Positions 9,783 through 20,030 of a stretch of DNA of 64,000 bases are shown in pieces (the first letter of the stretch is position 1; every line of letters starts with the position of its first letter). A program made the translations under genes and the position numbers. The DNA is from a virus. Below the pieces are notes generated by a model that had not been told where the DNA came from, made no database searches, and saw nothing but the letters and a program-made list of their open reading frames with translations. The stretch spans positions 1-64,000 of IMG/VR virus record IMGVR_UViG_3300020160_000289; one strand, 5' to 3'.

Positions 9783-10421
9783 TTAACCAGTTGCTAAGGA
9801 AGATAGTGTTCTTCCTACTGTAGCTCCGAGTCCCACTGGTGCGCCTGTTGCGCCTACCTGTAGTGCGTTATCGAACACGATTGTTAAAGCGATTTCCATT
9901 GGAGCACTTTCAGCATAAGCTAATTCGTTATAATTAACCTGCTGTAGATAGCATCCATAGCATTCCCATGTTTCTAAAACATTAGGTGCCCATGTGCCGT
10001 TATCTCCGTTACCACCGTCTAACATTTCGATTCTTGTTAGGAATTTGTATTCGGCTCCTGATGCAGCACTTGCCTGCTCGAAGAAGTCGAATTGTTTCTG
10101 TAACTGTTCGCCAATTAGCTTGGTTACGTTTCCGCCGACGTCATCACGGATACTAATTGTCATTGGTTGCCATGAGTGCTTACCAGCATAGTGGATCTGG
10201 CTGTTGTAAACGTGAATAACCTGATCTTCAAACTGTACTTGCGGTCTTGCGGCAGTTACGACTTGCTTAGTTAGTTCTGTCGTAGGCTTTGTTACACCAA
10301 AGTTTTCTAATGATACTCTAAAACGATATTTCAGCTTTGGCATCAATAGACCTTGGCTGGTGCTACTTTGACCACCTGCTGCCAACGGTACTGTGAATTT
10401 ACTTAAACTTGCAATTGCCAT
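9783..10421 (-). CDS. gp19: Tail tube protein (gp19-like)
   Basis: Follows sheath; PKLKYRFRV, YAGKHSWQPMTISIRDD, WECYGCY, LTIVFDNA. Confidence 0.85.
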   Translation of the reverse strand: MAIASLSKFTVPLAAGGQSSTSQGLLMPKLKYRFRVSLENFGVTKPTTELTKQVVTAARPQVQFEDQVIHVYNSQIHYAGKHSWQPMTISIRDDVGGNVTKLIGEQLQKQFDFFEQASAASGAEYKFLTRIEMLDGGNGDNGTWAPNVLETWECYGCYLQQVNYNELAYAESAPMEIALTIVFDNALQVGATGAPVGLGATVGRTLSSLATG

Positions 10422-10454
10422 CTTATTTGCTCCTTGTCCTTATATATTTACCCA

Positions 10455-13400
10455 TTATAGTCCGGCCTTGATGTCACCAGTATTTTTCAAGCGTAGAGGA
10501 ATGTAAATAAATTCCACTGCTTTTACTGGTTCGACGGCAATGTCTAACCATAGTTCTGAACGATCAATTCTTGTAGGTGTGTTGTTTGATTCATCACATA
10601 CTACTAAGAAGTCGTACAATGCTCTTTGTCCTACTAACTCTAATAGGAAACTTTCTGTTGCTTGTTTGATTTCGTTACGTGTAATTCTGTCGTTAGGTTC
10701 AAACAAGAATGGTTTGACCAATAACGCCATTTGTCTACGTAAGTACGCAACTAATCGGGATACATTAATTCTATCTAGAGCACTTGCGTTTCTAGCGCGA
10801 GTGTATTGTCCAAAGTTAACAATGCCAGCACCTGGAATTGTTGCGATTGGGTTAACCTTAACTCCTGCTAGTACGTCACGCAGGCTTTGTGGTAGAGCTG
10901 TTGTTTTGAACTCTCCGTTTAGCAAGTAACCTACTGCTGTAGCATTGTCAACACCGCCACGACGTGTTCCTGCTGGAGCAAACCATTGGAAGCTCTTCTG
11001 ATCGCTCATTGCGATTGTACGTAGCATCATGTGACTTGGTGGAACAACAATGAAGTTTCCGCTGTTGTCGTTTGTGTAACCACTTGGATAGAACATAGCC
11101 ATGTATTCGTCATAGCTAACTGCGCCATCTTCACCGTTGTCAAACGCTAGGGCTGTGTTGCTACCCCAGTTGTTTAGTTCTGTGCCGCTTGGCTGTAATC
11201 TAAACGGTGTGTCACCGATTACAAACGCTGTTAATCCGCGATCTGTATTTAGAGCAACCATGTTTTGAATTGCTTCTGGATATCCAGGAGTAGCAATCAA
11301 GTTAAAGATTACTGTGTCAGTGTCACGAACACTTTGATTTGTGTCAATTACACTCTTCAATGCCGCAACAATAAATCCGCGTTGAGCAAAGCGACCGAAG
11401 CTACCTTGACCGACTGCGTTGTTAGGGCTTACTGTGATCCAACGATCTGAAACGTATGGAGTAGTTGAGTTAGAGCCGTCCATTTGTTCGTCGCCAAAGC
11501 GCGAGTTCTTACCGTCTGTAGCATTGATGTTGATATGATCAACAACATACTTCTTGACGTTGAAACCGCTACGGCGTAGATTCCATAACTTCATACCACG
11601 TGGGTATAATGCTGGATCTGGAGCGTCTGGGTCTAGATAATTGCTAGTTAGCAAGTCTGTGATAGCTGACATCTCTGCGCTTGTACCAGAAGTACCCCAA
11701 CGTGCGTCAGCAAACAACCAACCGTTTGGTGTTGTTTGATCAGCAGTATCTTGTAATACCCACTTACCATCTTTACGTACATATACGTCCATGCCGTACA
11801 TGTCAATGTCAGCTGTGCTGATCCAAATATCATTGTCAACTAAAGGATCGCCGTTTACCTGTGTTGTTGGAGCAACACTGGCAATCTGAGGACCAGTAGC
11901 ATCTGTTGTTGGATATAGACTTCTATAACCCTTCCATGTAGTTCCGTTGTGGACCATGATATCTACTTCGTCAACAACTGAACTATACCATAATTGGCCG
12001 TCAGCTGGTGTTGTTTCAGGAGCCTGTAGTTTAGCTTCGTAAACTAATGGTTTCCAGTTACTTGCGAAGTAAGTGATGTTTCTAGCATCGTTCGTTACCT
12101 TGGCATACAAATTCTTTGTGCCTGTTTCTATTCCGGCGTTATCTCTTGCCCAAGCTGAATATCCTAAGAAACTGTTCAATGGAGTAGCAGTTCCATCTGT
12201 TAATAGAATTTCGCCACCCTTTTTGTGTTGAATAGTTAGACTTGTAGCGTTTCCACTAGTGTCATATGATGCAGCAATCGCTTCAACGTTGGTCATATTC
12301 AAGTTATTGATTGCGCTAATGATTTGATCAACAGTATTGCCAGCTGTTAAAGTTACAGGATAAGCTGTGCTAAAATCAGCGACGCCGTCTACTGAAGTTG
12401 CTAGGCCTTCATATAACGTAAATGATGAGCTAGTAGACACTGTTCCGGTTGTTGCTACAGAAGTAATTTTTGTAAAGCCTGTAGCATTTCTACGCCATAC
12501 TTTAAATTCTACCAATGATGGTGTGTTTGTAGTTGTAGAAGATGTGCCTGCTCCTAGCATAGCATTCTGTTGGACATAAACTGAACCAACAGCAATATCA
12601 CCTGTAGAGTTAATTGCGTTGATGGCGCTTTGTGGCTCGGCATAAATTGGAGCAGATTTTAGTGTCCACTCACTTGTTGCTTCGTTATAAACTTTAACAT
12701 ACCAATCGGCGCCGCTGTTAGGACTTGTTGTCTTAACATATACAGAACCACTTGCTTTGTCTGTAAAGTCTGGAAACTTAAAATGTGGTCCTTGGAATAG
12801 TTCTACTTTGTCAAAAGTTCCAGCTGTCAATCCAACTGCTGTTAACATGGCAAGTAGGCCTGTTCCGACTTCAATTTTAACTTTACCGTCAATTAGAGTA
12901 CCGTTGCTCTTAGCACGAGCATCTGCGTAGATTTCTAAGAAGCCAGCAGTATTAATCTTAGCACCAACTCCTCTTGTACGCATTGCAGTGTTGATAGCTG
13001 TTACTAGGTCACTTAGGTTATTACCACTTAGTGTAATTTCTTGTCCGTTGATTTTTAAGTTACTACCAGAGTAGGACACTAACGCACCAGATGCTACAGT
13101 CTTAGTACCTGTAACGACTGGCCAGCTGGTCTTCCAGCAGGTGCTGGTAAATGTCACACTTGAAGTAAATCCTAATTCAACATCAGAACCAACTTGTACC
13201 CAATTACCATTTGTATTTTTATACCATAGTGTATTATCATTGTTGCTGGTTACAACAATTGCATACTGTCCGTTAGAACCATAGCTTGGCTTAGGTGTTA
13301 CACCTAGACCGCTAACTGTAGCAGTTGCTAAATTTGTGTTATCAATGACTAATGGAGTTTTAGCAGTAAAAGCACCATCTGTCTTGTTCCATTGGAATAC

Positions 13401-13835
13401 TCCAAATTTTGTATTTGATGTATCAACCCAATATGTACCATTAACAGGAGTTCCTACTGGCTCGCTAGCAGTAGCAACTAATTGACTTGTGTCAATATTA
13501 GCACGAGCAATAAAAGCACGACTACTTACCCCAAGCAAGCTATAAGCCGCTTGTAGTCCGTATTCGTTCAGCTCGCCACCGTGTACTGGATTGCCGTTGG
13601 CATCAGTGTAAAATTGTGGTGTTCCGAATGTGTCGGTTAAATCACGCTGGCTTGTGATTAAATACACTTTACCAGCATTTGCCGCTGTAGTACCAGGTGC
13701 TGTTCCTGTGCCACTAGCATTTTGTTTGTCGGCTGCGGATGTGACAAAGATCAAAGGTACGGTGCTTGGAGCAGCCGGTAGATAGAAACTTTCGTCGATT
13801 ACGCTTACTTGTACGCCTGGTGAACTTAGAGCCAT
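10455..13835 (-). CDS. gp18: Contractile tail sheath protein (gp18) with large internal insertion
   Basis: MALSSPGVQVSVIDES start; C-terminal WFAPAGTRRG, ALDRINVSRL, FLFEPND, PVKAVEFIYI. Confidence 0.93.
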   Translation of the reverse strand: MALSSPGVQVSVIDESFYLPAAPSTVPLIFVTSAADKQNASGTGTAPGTTAANAGKVYLITSQRDLTDTFGTPQFYTDANGNPVHGGELNEYGLQAAYSLLGVSSRAFIARANIDTSQLVATASEPVGTPVNGTYWVDTSNTKFGVFQWNKTDGAFTAKTPLVIDNTNLATATVSGLGVTPKPSYGSNGQYAIVVTSNNDNTLWYKNTNGNWVQVGSDVELGFTSSVTFTSTCWKTSWPVVTGTKTVASGALVSYSGSNLKINGQEITLSGNNLSDLVTAINTAMRTRGVGAKINTAGFLEIYADARAKSNGTLIDGKVKIEVGTGLLAMLTAVGLTAGTFDKVELFQGPHFKFPDFTDKASGSVYVKTTSPNSGADWYVKVYNEATSEWTLKSAPIYAEPQSAINAINSTGDIAVGSVYVQQNAMLGAGTSSTTTNTPSLVEFKVWRRNATGFTKITSVATTGTVSTSSSFTLYEGLATSVDGVADFSTAYPVTLTAGNTVDQIISAINNLNMTNVEAIAASYDTSGNATSLTIQHKKGGEILLTDGTATPLNSFLGYSAWARDNAGIETGTKNLYAKVTNDARNITYFASNWKPLVYEAKLQAPETTPADGQLWYSSVVDEVDIMVHNGTTWKGYRSLYPTTDATGPQIASVAPTTQVNGDPLVDNDIWISTADIDMYGMDVYVRKDGKWVLQDTADQTTPNGWLFADARWGTSGTSAEMSAITDLLTSNYLDPDAPDPALYPRGMKLWNLRRSGFNVKKYVVDHININATDGKNSRFGDEQMDGSNSTTPYVSDRWITVSPNNAVGQGSFGRFAQRGFIVAALKSVIDTNQSVRDTDTVIFNLIATPGYPEAIQNMVALNTDRGLTAFVIGDTPFRLQPSGTELNNWGSNTALAFDNGEDGAVSYDEYMAMFYPSGYTNDNSGNFIVVPPSHMMLRTIAMSDQKSFQWFAPAGTRRGGVDNATAVGYLLNGEFKTTALPQSLRDVLAGVKVNPIATIPGAGIVNFGQYTRARNASALDRINVSRLVAYLRRQMALLVKPFLFEPNDRITRNEIKQATESFLLELVGQRALYDFLVVCDESNNTPTRIDRSELWLDIAVEPVKAVEFIYIPLRLKNTGDIKAGL

Positions 13836-13870
13836 TTGTTAATCTCCCATAAATGGTTTTTTATTAAACA

Positions 13871-13876
13871 TATTTA
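13871..13876 (-). promoter_or_regulatory. T4-type late promoter core TAAATA (representative copy)
   Basis: Recurs upstream of genes at 1358, 3330, 4928, 6810, 9730, 10445, 15679, 19086, 20056, 20275, 28304, 29034, 34659, 54153, 56291, 57135, 61226 and 61613. Confidence 0.8.
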
Positions 13877-13938
13877 GTGTGAATGGAGGAAAAATACCCG
13901 CTTAAATACAAGATAAAAGGGAACTAAAAGGGCGGTGT

Positions 13939-14274
13939 ATGCGGGATCTATGTAAAAAATGTCAAAGAAGACCTGTTGCTATCAACTATCGTAAAGAAGG
14001 TAAAATATTCTTTAGATCAATGTGTGATCACTGTGCTAAGAATTACAAGACGGCTCGACCCACTTGGCTTTCTACTGGATATAAAAAGAAAACCACATGC
14101 GATAGATGTGGTTTTGTAGGAACTGAGTCAGAGCAGTTCGATGTTTATCACGCAGATGGTGATATTAATAATTGTAAATACAGTAACTTAAAAACTGTAT
14201 GTGCCAATTGTCAGAGACTTTTACACAAACTCAAGGTACCGTGGCGCAGGGGAGACCTTACACCTGATTTTTAA
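13939..14274 (+). CDS. Zn-finger/HNH-like protein
   Basis: Four CxxC pairs and VYHADGDINN..NLKTVCANC HNH-like motif; TAAATA at 13903-13908. Confidence 0.7.
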   Translation: MRDLCKKCQRRPVAINYRKEGKIFFRSMCDHCAKNYKTARPTWLSTGYKKKTTCDRCGFVGTESEQFDVYHADGDINNCKYSNLKTVCANCQRLLHKLKVPWRRGDLTPDF

Positions 14275-14884
14275 TTGCTAGAAAAAGTTCGTCGATTGAT
14301 CCGTCATTAGTGATAGTAACATCAATGTCGCCGCCTACCCAAGCAGTTTCGCTTGCGTGTATTTTTAAAGTTTCTAACCGTTTTTTACCAATTGCCCAGC
14401 CCATGTATTTGTCACCGGCGTTAGCATTAGCGGCATCATCATACCACTCGGGTTCAGGCCCTCGCTTGATGCGTATTACTTTGCCGCCAGCATTGTGGAT
14501 GGCTTTGATTTCATTTGGGAATCGAACATCACTAATAACAATATTGTCTTTTGAATTGCGAAGTTTACTTTCTAAGCTGGCAATCCAAATGTCATCATGG
14601 AATGCTTTGCGACAAACTTCAGTACCCCAATATTGTAGGATCCAGCGTGGTGTTAGATTGGGCATTTTAAGACGTTCTGCCCACCAAGGATCTACTTGTT
14701 CACGCCATTCACGGGCCATTTTTGTGCGGCCTTCGAGCATGGTACGGTCCCAACCGAATACAGCGGCTACAGCATCTTTTAATGTGTTAGCAAACGAGTC
14801 ACGTCTAAATTCGTGAAAGTTAACCAAATAGTCTGCGGCAGTATCTTTGCCTGAACCGATAAAACCTACAAAACCAATAATCAT
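14258..14884 (-). CDS. gp1: Deoxynucleoside monophosphate kinase (gp1-like)
   Basis: GFIGSGKDT P-loop, TPRWILQYWGTE, ISDVRFPNE, HASE. Confidence 0.9.
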   Translation of the reverse strand: MIIGFVGFIGSGKDTAADYLVNFHEFRRDSFANTLKDAVAAVFGWDRTMLEGRTKMAREWREQVDPWWAERLKMPNLTPRWILQYWGTEVCRKAFHDDIWIASLESKLRNSKDNIVISDVRFPNEIKAIHNAGGKVIRIKRGPEPEWYDDAANANAGDKYMGWAIGKKRLETLKIHASETAWVGGDIDVTITNDGSIDELFLAIKNQV

Positions 14885-14914
14885 AGCATCCCCCAGTAGA
14901 TACTATATTTTATC

Positions 14915-15673
14915 TTATCCTATGACAAATGTCAATGGTTGTTGGTTATCTTTGTTATTAATTAGATCCAATTCGAGCATATCAATTTCGGCTTTGCCTT
15001 CGGATTTTAGGGCAGTTCCGTTTAGGCTTGTTCCACCTTGTGGACTTGCGATAGTCTGAAACTTTTCGCGAGCTTCACCTAACATCATTTTACAAGTTGC
15101 TAGAGCATAGTCACGCAACCATATGCCAGAGTTAGGATCTTGGAATAGTACAAAATCTGGTTTGTGATTGTACATCCATAGTAAAACATGTTCTTCGCCC
15201 CTAGGACGTTGGGTAATTCTTAAACGCTTACTAGTCGGGTTCCAATCAAAGTTGATATAAGAACCAAACATTTTACCAACTTCTTTTTGGTAACTTGCGA
15301 ACATGTAGTAGGTGCTCAGACCGCCCATGTTACTGGAACTCATCAAATAGGTATTAGTGTAGGCCAAGTTAAACGGTTCAAATAAAGTACCGCCATCGCC
15401 GCCGCCTGTTCTAGAACCAATACTTCGTCTAAAAACTTGACGAACTTGCATTACTTCTTGTGATAAAGTATATTCATTTACGTCAGTTTGTAAAGTTAAA
15501 AATCCAAAACTCTCTTCAACGCTGTTACTACTACGTTGACGATATTTTAATAATGCTCTATCTATAGCAGTATTGTAATGTTTAGGATCTAGTTCAACAT
15601 CGACCATGCCGTCGCCGAGCATAGTACGGACGTATTCTATGACTTTTTGTTTTTCTGTTTCAAGTTCGCTCAT
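14915..15673 (-). CDS. gp13: Neck protein gp13-like
   Basis: VDVELDPKHY, WLRDYALATCKMMLGEAREKF, PQGGTSLNG motifs. Confidence 0.8.
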   Translation of the reverse strand: MSELETEKQKVIEYVRTMLGDGMVDVELDPKHYNTAIDRALLKYRQRSSNSVEESFGFLTLQTDVNEYTLSQEVMQVRQVFRRSIGSRTGGGDGGTLFEPFNLAYTNTYLMSSSNMGGLSTYYMFASYQKEVGKMFGSYINFDWNPTSKRLRITQRPRGEEHVLLWMYNHKPDFVLFQDPNSGIWLRDYALATCKMMLGEAREKFQTIASPQGGTSLNGTALKSEGKAEIDMLELDLINNKDNQQPLTFVIG

Positions 15674-15678
15674 GTCAA

Positions 15679-15694
15679 TATTTAGCTATAAATA
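15679..15694. promoter_or_regulatory. Back-to-back divergent T4-type late promoters
   Basis: TAAATA on minus (15679-15684) and TATAAATA on plus (15687-15694) within a 28-nt gap. Confidence 0.75.
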
Positions 15695-15701
15695 TAAGAC
15701 T

Positions 15702-16904
15702 ATGCCAAGACTCTCACTTTACCGTCCTGAAAAGGGACCCGATTTCCGCTTCCTAGATCGAACCATTAACGAACAGTTTCAGGTTGGGGGCACCGATATC
15801 TTAATTCATAAGTATCTGGGACCGCAAGATCCTTTAGACGGGACCGCAACACCTGCGACACCTGTTAATGGAAACCCTATTCCTGAACTAGGAATACAGG
15901 ATGTTCTGTTCATGGAAAACAGAGATAGGAAATACGCCAAAGATATCTACGTGTCTCGTGGAATTTATACCATGCAAGACATAGATTTTAATCTAAGTCA
16001 GTTTGGATTTTTCCTATCTAACGATAACATAATGATCACGTTTCATTTAAGAAGTACTGTAGAGTTATTGGGACGTAAAATTATGGCAGGCGATGTACTA
16101 GAATTGCCGCACTTAAAGGACGAATACGCTTTAGACGATGCCAGCGTGGCACTAAAACGTTTTTATGTTGTTACCGATGTAGCAAGGCCTGCTACAGGTT
16201 ACAGTCAAACTTGGTATCCACACTTGCTACGTGCGAAATGTGAGCCATTAGTAGACACACAAGAGTTTGCTCAAATACTTGATCAGCCTGCTGAAGACGG
16301 CACTGATAATACTTTGAGAGATGTATTGTCGATCTACAATAAAAATATTGAAATTAACAATCAAATTCTTGCCCAGGCAGAAGAAGATGCCGGTCTTAGC
16401 GGTTACGATACTCAGCAATTTTATACACTTCCTGTAAATGATCAAGGATTGTTAGACATTGCCGATGTAACAGATGACCGAGATGCCAGCGAAGATGATC
16501 ATACAGTAGATGCTAGTTCAGTATATGTAAATCCTATGAAGGATGTTTACGTAGGATACTTAACAGGTGACGGTATTCCTCCAAACGGAGCACCGTATAC
16601 CTTTGGAATATCTTTTCCTTTTGGACCAACCGAAGGAGCGTTTCATTTACGAACAGATCACTTACCCAACAGATTGTTTAGATTTAACGGAAACACTTGG
16701 GTATTTGTTGAAAGTAACGTTAGAACCACAATGACTAATAAGCCAGTCAACGGATTACCGGCGGCACCTGCGTTAACTAGACATAATCAAGTTGGAAGTT
16801 TTATTAACAATAATAATACCGCTACTATTGCCGGAAAAGTTGTTGAAGAAAGACAGAGTCTTAGCAAAGCACTAAAGAAACAAAAACCACAGGCAGATAA
16901 TTAA
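15702..16904 (+). CDS. gp14: Neck/head-closure protein gp14-like with C-terminal extension
   Basis: Start MPRLSLYRPE; IQDVLFMENRDRKY, LSQFGFF, GDVLELPHL; between gp13 and gp15. Confidence 0.7.
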   Translation: MPRLSLYRPEKGPDFRFLDRTINEQFQVGGTDILIHKYLGPQDPLDGTATPATPVNGNPIPELGIQDVLFMENRDRKYAKDIYVSRGIYTMQDIDFNLSQFGFFLSNDNIMITFHLRSTVELLGRKIMAGDVLELPHLKDEYALDDASVALKRFYVVTDVARPATGYSQTWYPHLLRAKCEPLVDTQEFAQILDQPAEDGTDNTLRDVLSIYNKNIEINNQILAQAEEDAGLSGYDTQQFYTLPVNDQGLLDIADVTDDRDASEDDHTVDASSVYVNPMKDVYVGYLTGDGIPPNGAPYTFGISFPFGPTEGAFHLRTDHLPNRLFRFNGNTWVFVESNVRTTMTNKPVNGLPAAPALTRHNQVGSFINNNNTATIAGKVVEERQSLSKALKKQKPQADN

Positions 16905-18331
16905 TGGAACATTTTTACGACGGGCAGATTCGCCGATACTTAAATCAATTTATGAGGCTTATGAGCGGCTTTGGGTATAAAGACGGTCGTGGCAATATTG
17001 TACAAATTCCTGTTAGATATGGTGACATGTCCAGGCAGGTTGCCAGTGTCTTGAAAAAGAATAGTGAAAATATTTTAAACTCTGCTCCTTTTATTGCCTG
17101 CTATATTAAGACTTTAGATTTTGCTAGAGATAGATTACAAGATCCAACATACATAGGTAAAATGCACATTCGTGAAAGACAGTTTGGATACATTGATGAG
17201 AATCCCAACAGTCCTACGTTTGGTCAAACGATAGAAGATTACGCTAATGTACAGGGAGAAAATTATACTGTTGAAAGATTAATGCCGAGTCCCTATAATA
17301 TAACGTTTTCAGCAGACATATGGTCAACTAACACTGATCAAAAGTTACAAATTTTAGAACAGATACTAGTATTGTTTCGTCCTGCCATGGAGATACAAAC
17401 TACCAGTAACTATATTGACTGGACTAGTTTAAGCTATGTTGAACTAACTGGAGTTAATTGGTCTAGCAGACAGATTCCCCAGGGTACAGAAAACGATATA
17501 GATATCGCTACACTAACATTCACAACTCCTGTATGGATTACTCCTCCTGCTAAAGTTAAAAAATTAGGAATCATTACCAAGATTATTGCCAACGTGTTTG
17601 TAGAACCAACAGGAACAATTGGTACTGGTGATCTTGTGTTTAGTAATCCGGTCGCTCCTGTAGTTGTTACTCCTGGTAATTTTTCTATATTGTTATCAAA
17701 CAACACAGGAAAGTTAATGGCACCGGGTGAAAATTTAATCATTAATGAATTGGGCACTATTCCTGTTAAAGGTGGAGTTAAAGTCAATTGGCAAACATTG
17801 CTTGATTTATATCCGGGTAACTTTAGAGCAGGCTTAAGCCACATAGAACTTACTAAACCCGATGGTGGGAAAATCGTAGGTTATCTAAGCATGAATCCGC
17901 TCGACGAATCAGACATGGAAATAATGAGCATTACATTTGACGGAGAAACATTGTTAAATTCTGATATTGCTGATTTAACAAGTTCTATAACTCGAGGATC
18001 AATAAACGCCATCATTGATCCTACTACATTTAATCCTGGTCAAACACCGAGTATAGATACTCGATATCTTATTTTAGAAGACATCGTAGCAACAGTTGAC
18101 GGTCCGTCTGCGTGGCAAGAGGGGCAAGGTCAACCATTTAATGCCACAGCCAATGACATCATACAATTTGACGGCACAAAATGGAATGTTATTTTCAATT
18201 CATCAACAGTCACCGACGTTACATATATAACTAACTCATATACAGGTATACAATACAAATGGGACGGAGAACAATGGTCCAAGAGTATCGACGGCATGTA
18301 TGACCCAGGAGAATGGCGTTTAGTTTTATGA
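16904..18331 (+). CDS. gp15: Tail sheath stabiliser/terminator gp15-like with C-terminal extension
   Basis: HFYDGQIRRY, IPVRYG, PSPYNI, QILEQILVLFRP motifs. Confidence 0.8.
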   Translation: MEHFYDGQIRRYLNQFMRLMSGFGYKDGRGNIVQIPVRYGDMSRQVASVLKKNSENILNSAPFIACYIKTLDFARDRLQDPTYIGKMHIRERQFGYIDENPNSPTFGQTIEDYANVQGENYTVERLMPSPYNITFSADIWSTNTDQKLQILEQILVLFRPAMEIQTTSNYIDWTSLSYVELTGVNWSSRQIPQGTENDIDIATLTFTTPVWITPPAKVKKLGIITKIIANVFVEPTGTIGTGDLVFSNPVAPVVVTPGNFSILLSNNTGKLMAPGENLIINELGTIPVKGGVKVNWQTLLDLYPGNFRAGLSHIELTKPDGGKIVGYLSMNPLDESDMEIMSITFDGETLLNSDIADLTSSITRGSINAIIDPTTFNPGQTPSIDTRYLILEDIVATVDGPSAWQEGQGQPFNATANDIIQFDGTKWNVIFNSSTVTDVTYITNSYTGIQYKWDGEQWSKSIDGMYDPGEWRLVL

Positions 18332-18756
18332 CAGAAATTATTTGTAGCGGTGGTTTGTTCTTTGCTAAAGATACGAAAAGATTTTTATTTCTTTTACGTA
18401 ATCAAGGAAAGACAGCAGGCACATGGGGCATTGTTGGCGGCAAAAAAGAACCCGAAGATGCTACAGTTTATGATGGCCTAAAAAGAGAGATTGAAGAAGA
18501 AGTAGGTAAGACTCCTACTATTAAAAAAGTTATTCCGCTTGAATTATTCACTAGCGAAGATCAACATTTCCAATTTAATACATATATGTTGATAGTTGAA
18601 AAAGAATTTATTCCTGTGCTGAACGACGAGCATGTGGGATATGCTTGGTGTGATTTAAACTACTGGCCTAAGCCCTTACATCAGGGTGTAAAAAGAAGTC
18701 TGTCAAATAAAACTAACAGAACAAAAATAGAATTGCTATTAGAAATCCTTAGTTAA
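18328..18756 (+). CDS. NUDIX hydrolase
   Basis: Nudix box GGKKEPEDATVYDGLKREIEEEVG; ATGA overlap with the gp15 stop. Confidence 0.85.
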   Translation: MTEIICSGGLFFAKDTKRFLFLLRNQGKTAGTWGIVGGKKEPEDATVYDGLKREIEEEVGKTPTIKKVIPLELFTSEDQHFQFNTYMLIVEKEFIPVLNDEHVGYAWCDLNYWPKPLHQGVKRSLSNKTNRTKIELLLEILS

Positions 18757-19080
18757 TTACCAAGGTTTGTTTAGTGTAACAGTTGCCGGAACTACCTGTT
18801 GTTGGATTTGATTTGCTAGGTTATCTTTAAAGTCTTGTAGTACTTCTTCTCCTAGCGCAGATTCAACCCAGACTTGTACGAGATTTTGTGTTAGATAATT
18901 GAATTCTCTAAACTCCATAGAGTCGGGTTCTGATATTCCTACATTTCCAAAAAGTTGAGCGCCGTGACCTTCACCGTCTGTTGCGGATAGGATGTATTCA
19001 ACATTGTGAACAACATTAGACATCCCGTTTAATGTTGGATGAGCTAGAAATCGGGGAAATTCCCATGTGTAAGTAATCAT
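18757..19080 (-). CDS. Small tail-fibre-associated protein (paralog 1)
   Basis: MITYTWEF...VVHNVEY...LTQNLVQVWV...PW; start at 19080, 5 nt after TAAATA. Confidence 0.65.
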   Translation of the reverse strand: MITYTWEFPRFLAHPTLNGMSNVVHNVEYILSATDGEGHGAQLFGNVGISEPDSMEFREFNYLTQNLVQVWVESALGEEVLQDFKDNLANQIQQQVVPATVTLNKPW

Positions 19081-19088
19081 AATTTTAT

Positions 19089-19655
19089 TTATCTCCAGTG
19101 AGCACCTTCGTACCACCCTGCTAGACTGTATCTAATACCAGATGTTACCGGCTTAACTTCGTGATATATTAAACTGGGAAACACGCAAACGGTGCCCTTT
19201 GCTCTTAAATTTTCTGCGTTTGGTTTATGGTTTACATCTATAAACTCTAGATCTCCGCCATCGTAACTAGTTGGGTCAGATAACTGTACAGTAAAACTTA
19301 ATTTCCTATGTGTTTTTAAAGGACTTATAAAGTGTGTATCTTTATGCTGTTTATAGCATCCTTGGTTTTTAGAGTCGTAAGAAGCAAATTGTATTTCTGG
19401 CAAATATCTGTAGTCTACGCCGAACCAGGAATTATTAGCTGCCGCTACTAGTTTGTCTAGTTCGCTGTATAACCAGTTCCATTCGTTTGATCTACGTATC
19501 CATCTTACAGAGCTTCTGCGATAATCGTCGCTGGTACGAGTACTTTGAGGGCCTAGTGTAGCAGGCTCTTCAGTAATTTCTAAAGATTTTTTAATTATTT
19601 TGTCGCAAATTTCTGAACTAAAATGTTCTTTAAAATACGACCACTCGCCGATCAT
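19089..19655 (-). CDS. 2OG-Fe(II) oxygenase (PKHD/prolyl-hydroxylase-like)
   Basis: HKD facial triad, RKLSFTVQLS, YDGGDL, FPS..YHEVKPVTSGIRYSL. Confidence 0.9.
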   Translation of the reverse strand: MIGEWSYFKEHFSSEICDKIIKKSLEITEEPATLGPQSTRTSDDYRRSSVRWIRRSNEWNWLYSELDKLVAAANNSWFGVDYRYLPEIQFASYDSKNQGCYKQHKDTHFISPLKTHRKLSFTVQLSDPTSYDGGDLEFIDVNHKPNAENLRAKGTVCVFPSLIYHEVKPVTSGIRYSLAGWYEGAHWR

Positions 19656-19661
19656 CGTCTA

Positions 19662-20030
19662 TTATGGAGTTACAGGACCGTCTGCCTCTGCCTTAGATAT
19701 CGCAATTTGTTCAGTGACAGTGACATTAGTTGTTGTACTATCAGCAAAAGAAAGAGTCTTTATGTTAGGCATTAGCGAATTTTCAATTACTGTGACGGCA
19801 ACTTTTGATTTAACCCATTCAATGATTTGTTCTTTAGTTACCTGGTCAGCTGGTCTGAAATCTGTGATATTATCGATATCTAATTCAACTACACCCATTT
19901 GGCTTTTTGTTTTTCCCGAATCGGATGTAGCTGTGCACTGCCAGACAACACGATATACTACATCCTCATTTCCTTCATGAGAATCTAGTAAATCTACATT
20001 TTGTAATGACCATGTATAGGTTGTTGCCAT
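19662..20030 (-). CDS. Small tail-fibre-associated protein (paralog 2)
   Basis: TYTWSL...VVYRVVW...VTKEQIIEWV. Confidence 0.65.
   Translation of the reverse strand: MATTYTWSLQNVDLLDSHEGNEDVVYRVVWQCTATSDSGKTKSQMGVVELDIDNITDFRPADQVTKEQIIEWVKSKVAVTVIENSLMPNIKTLSFADSTTTNVTVTEQIAISKAEADGPVTP

Noticed and set aside
15606-15701. ORF-track N-terminal extensions (15606, 3373, 9754, 19116, 18313)
   Set aside because: They overlap neighbouring genes or terminators; downstream ATGs fit the late-promoter spacing or ATGA coupling better
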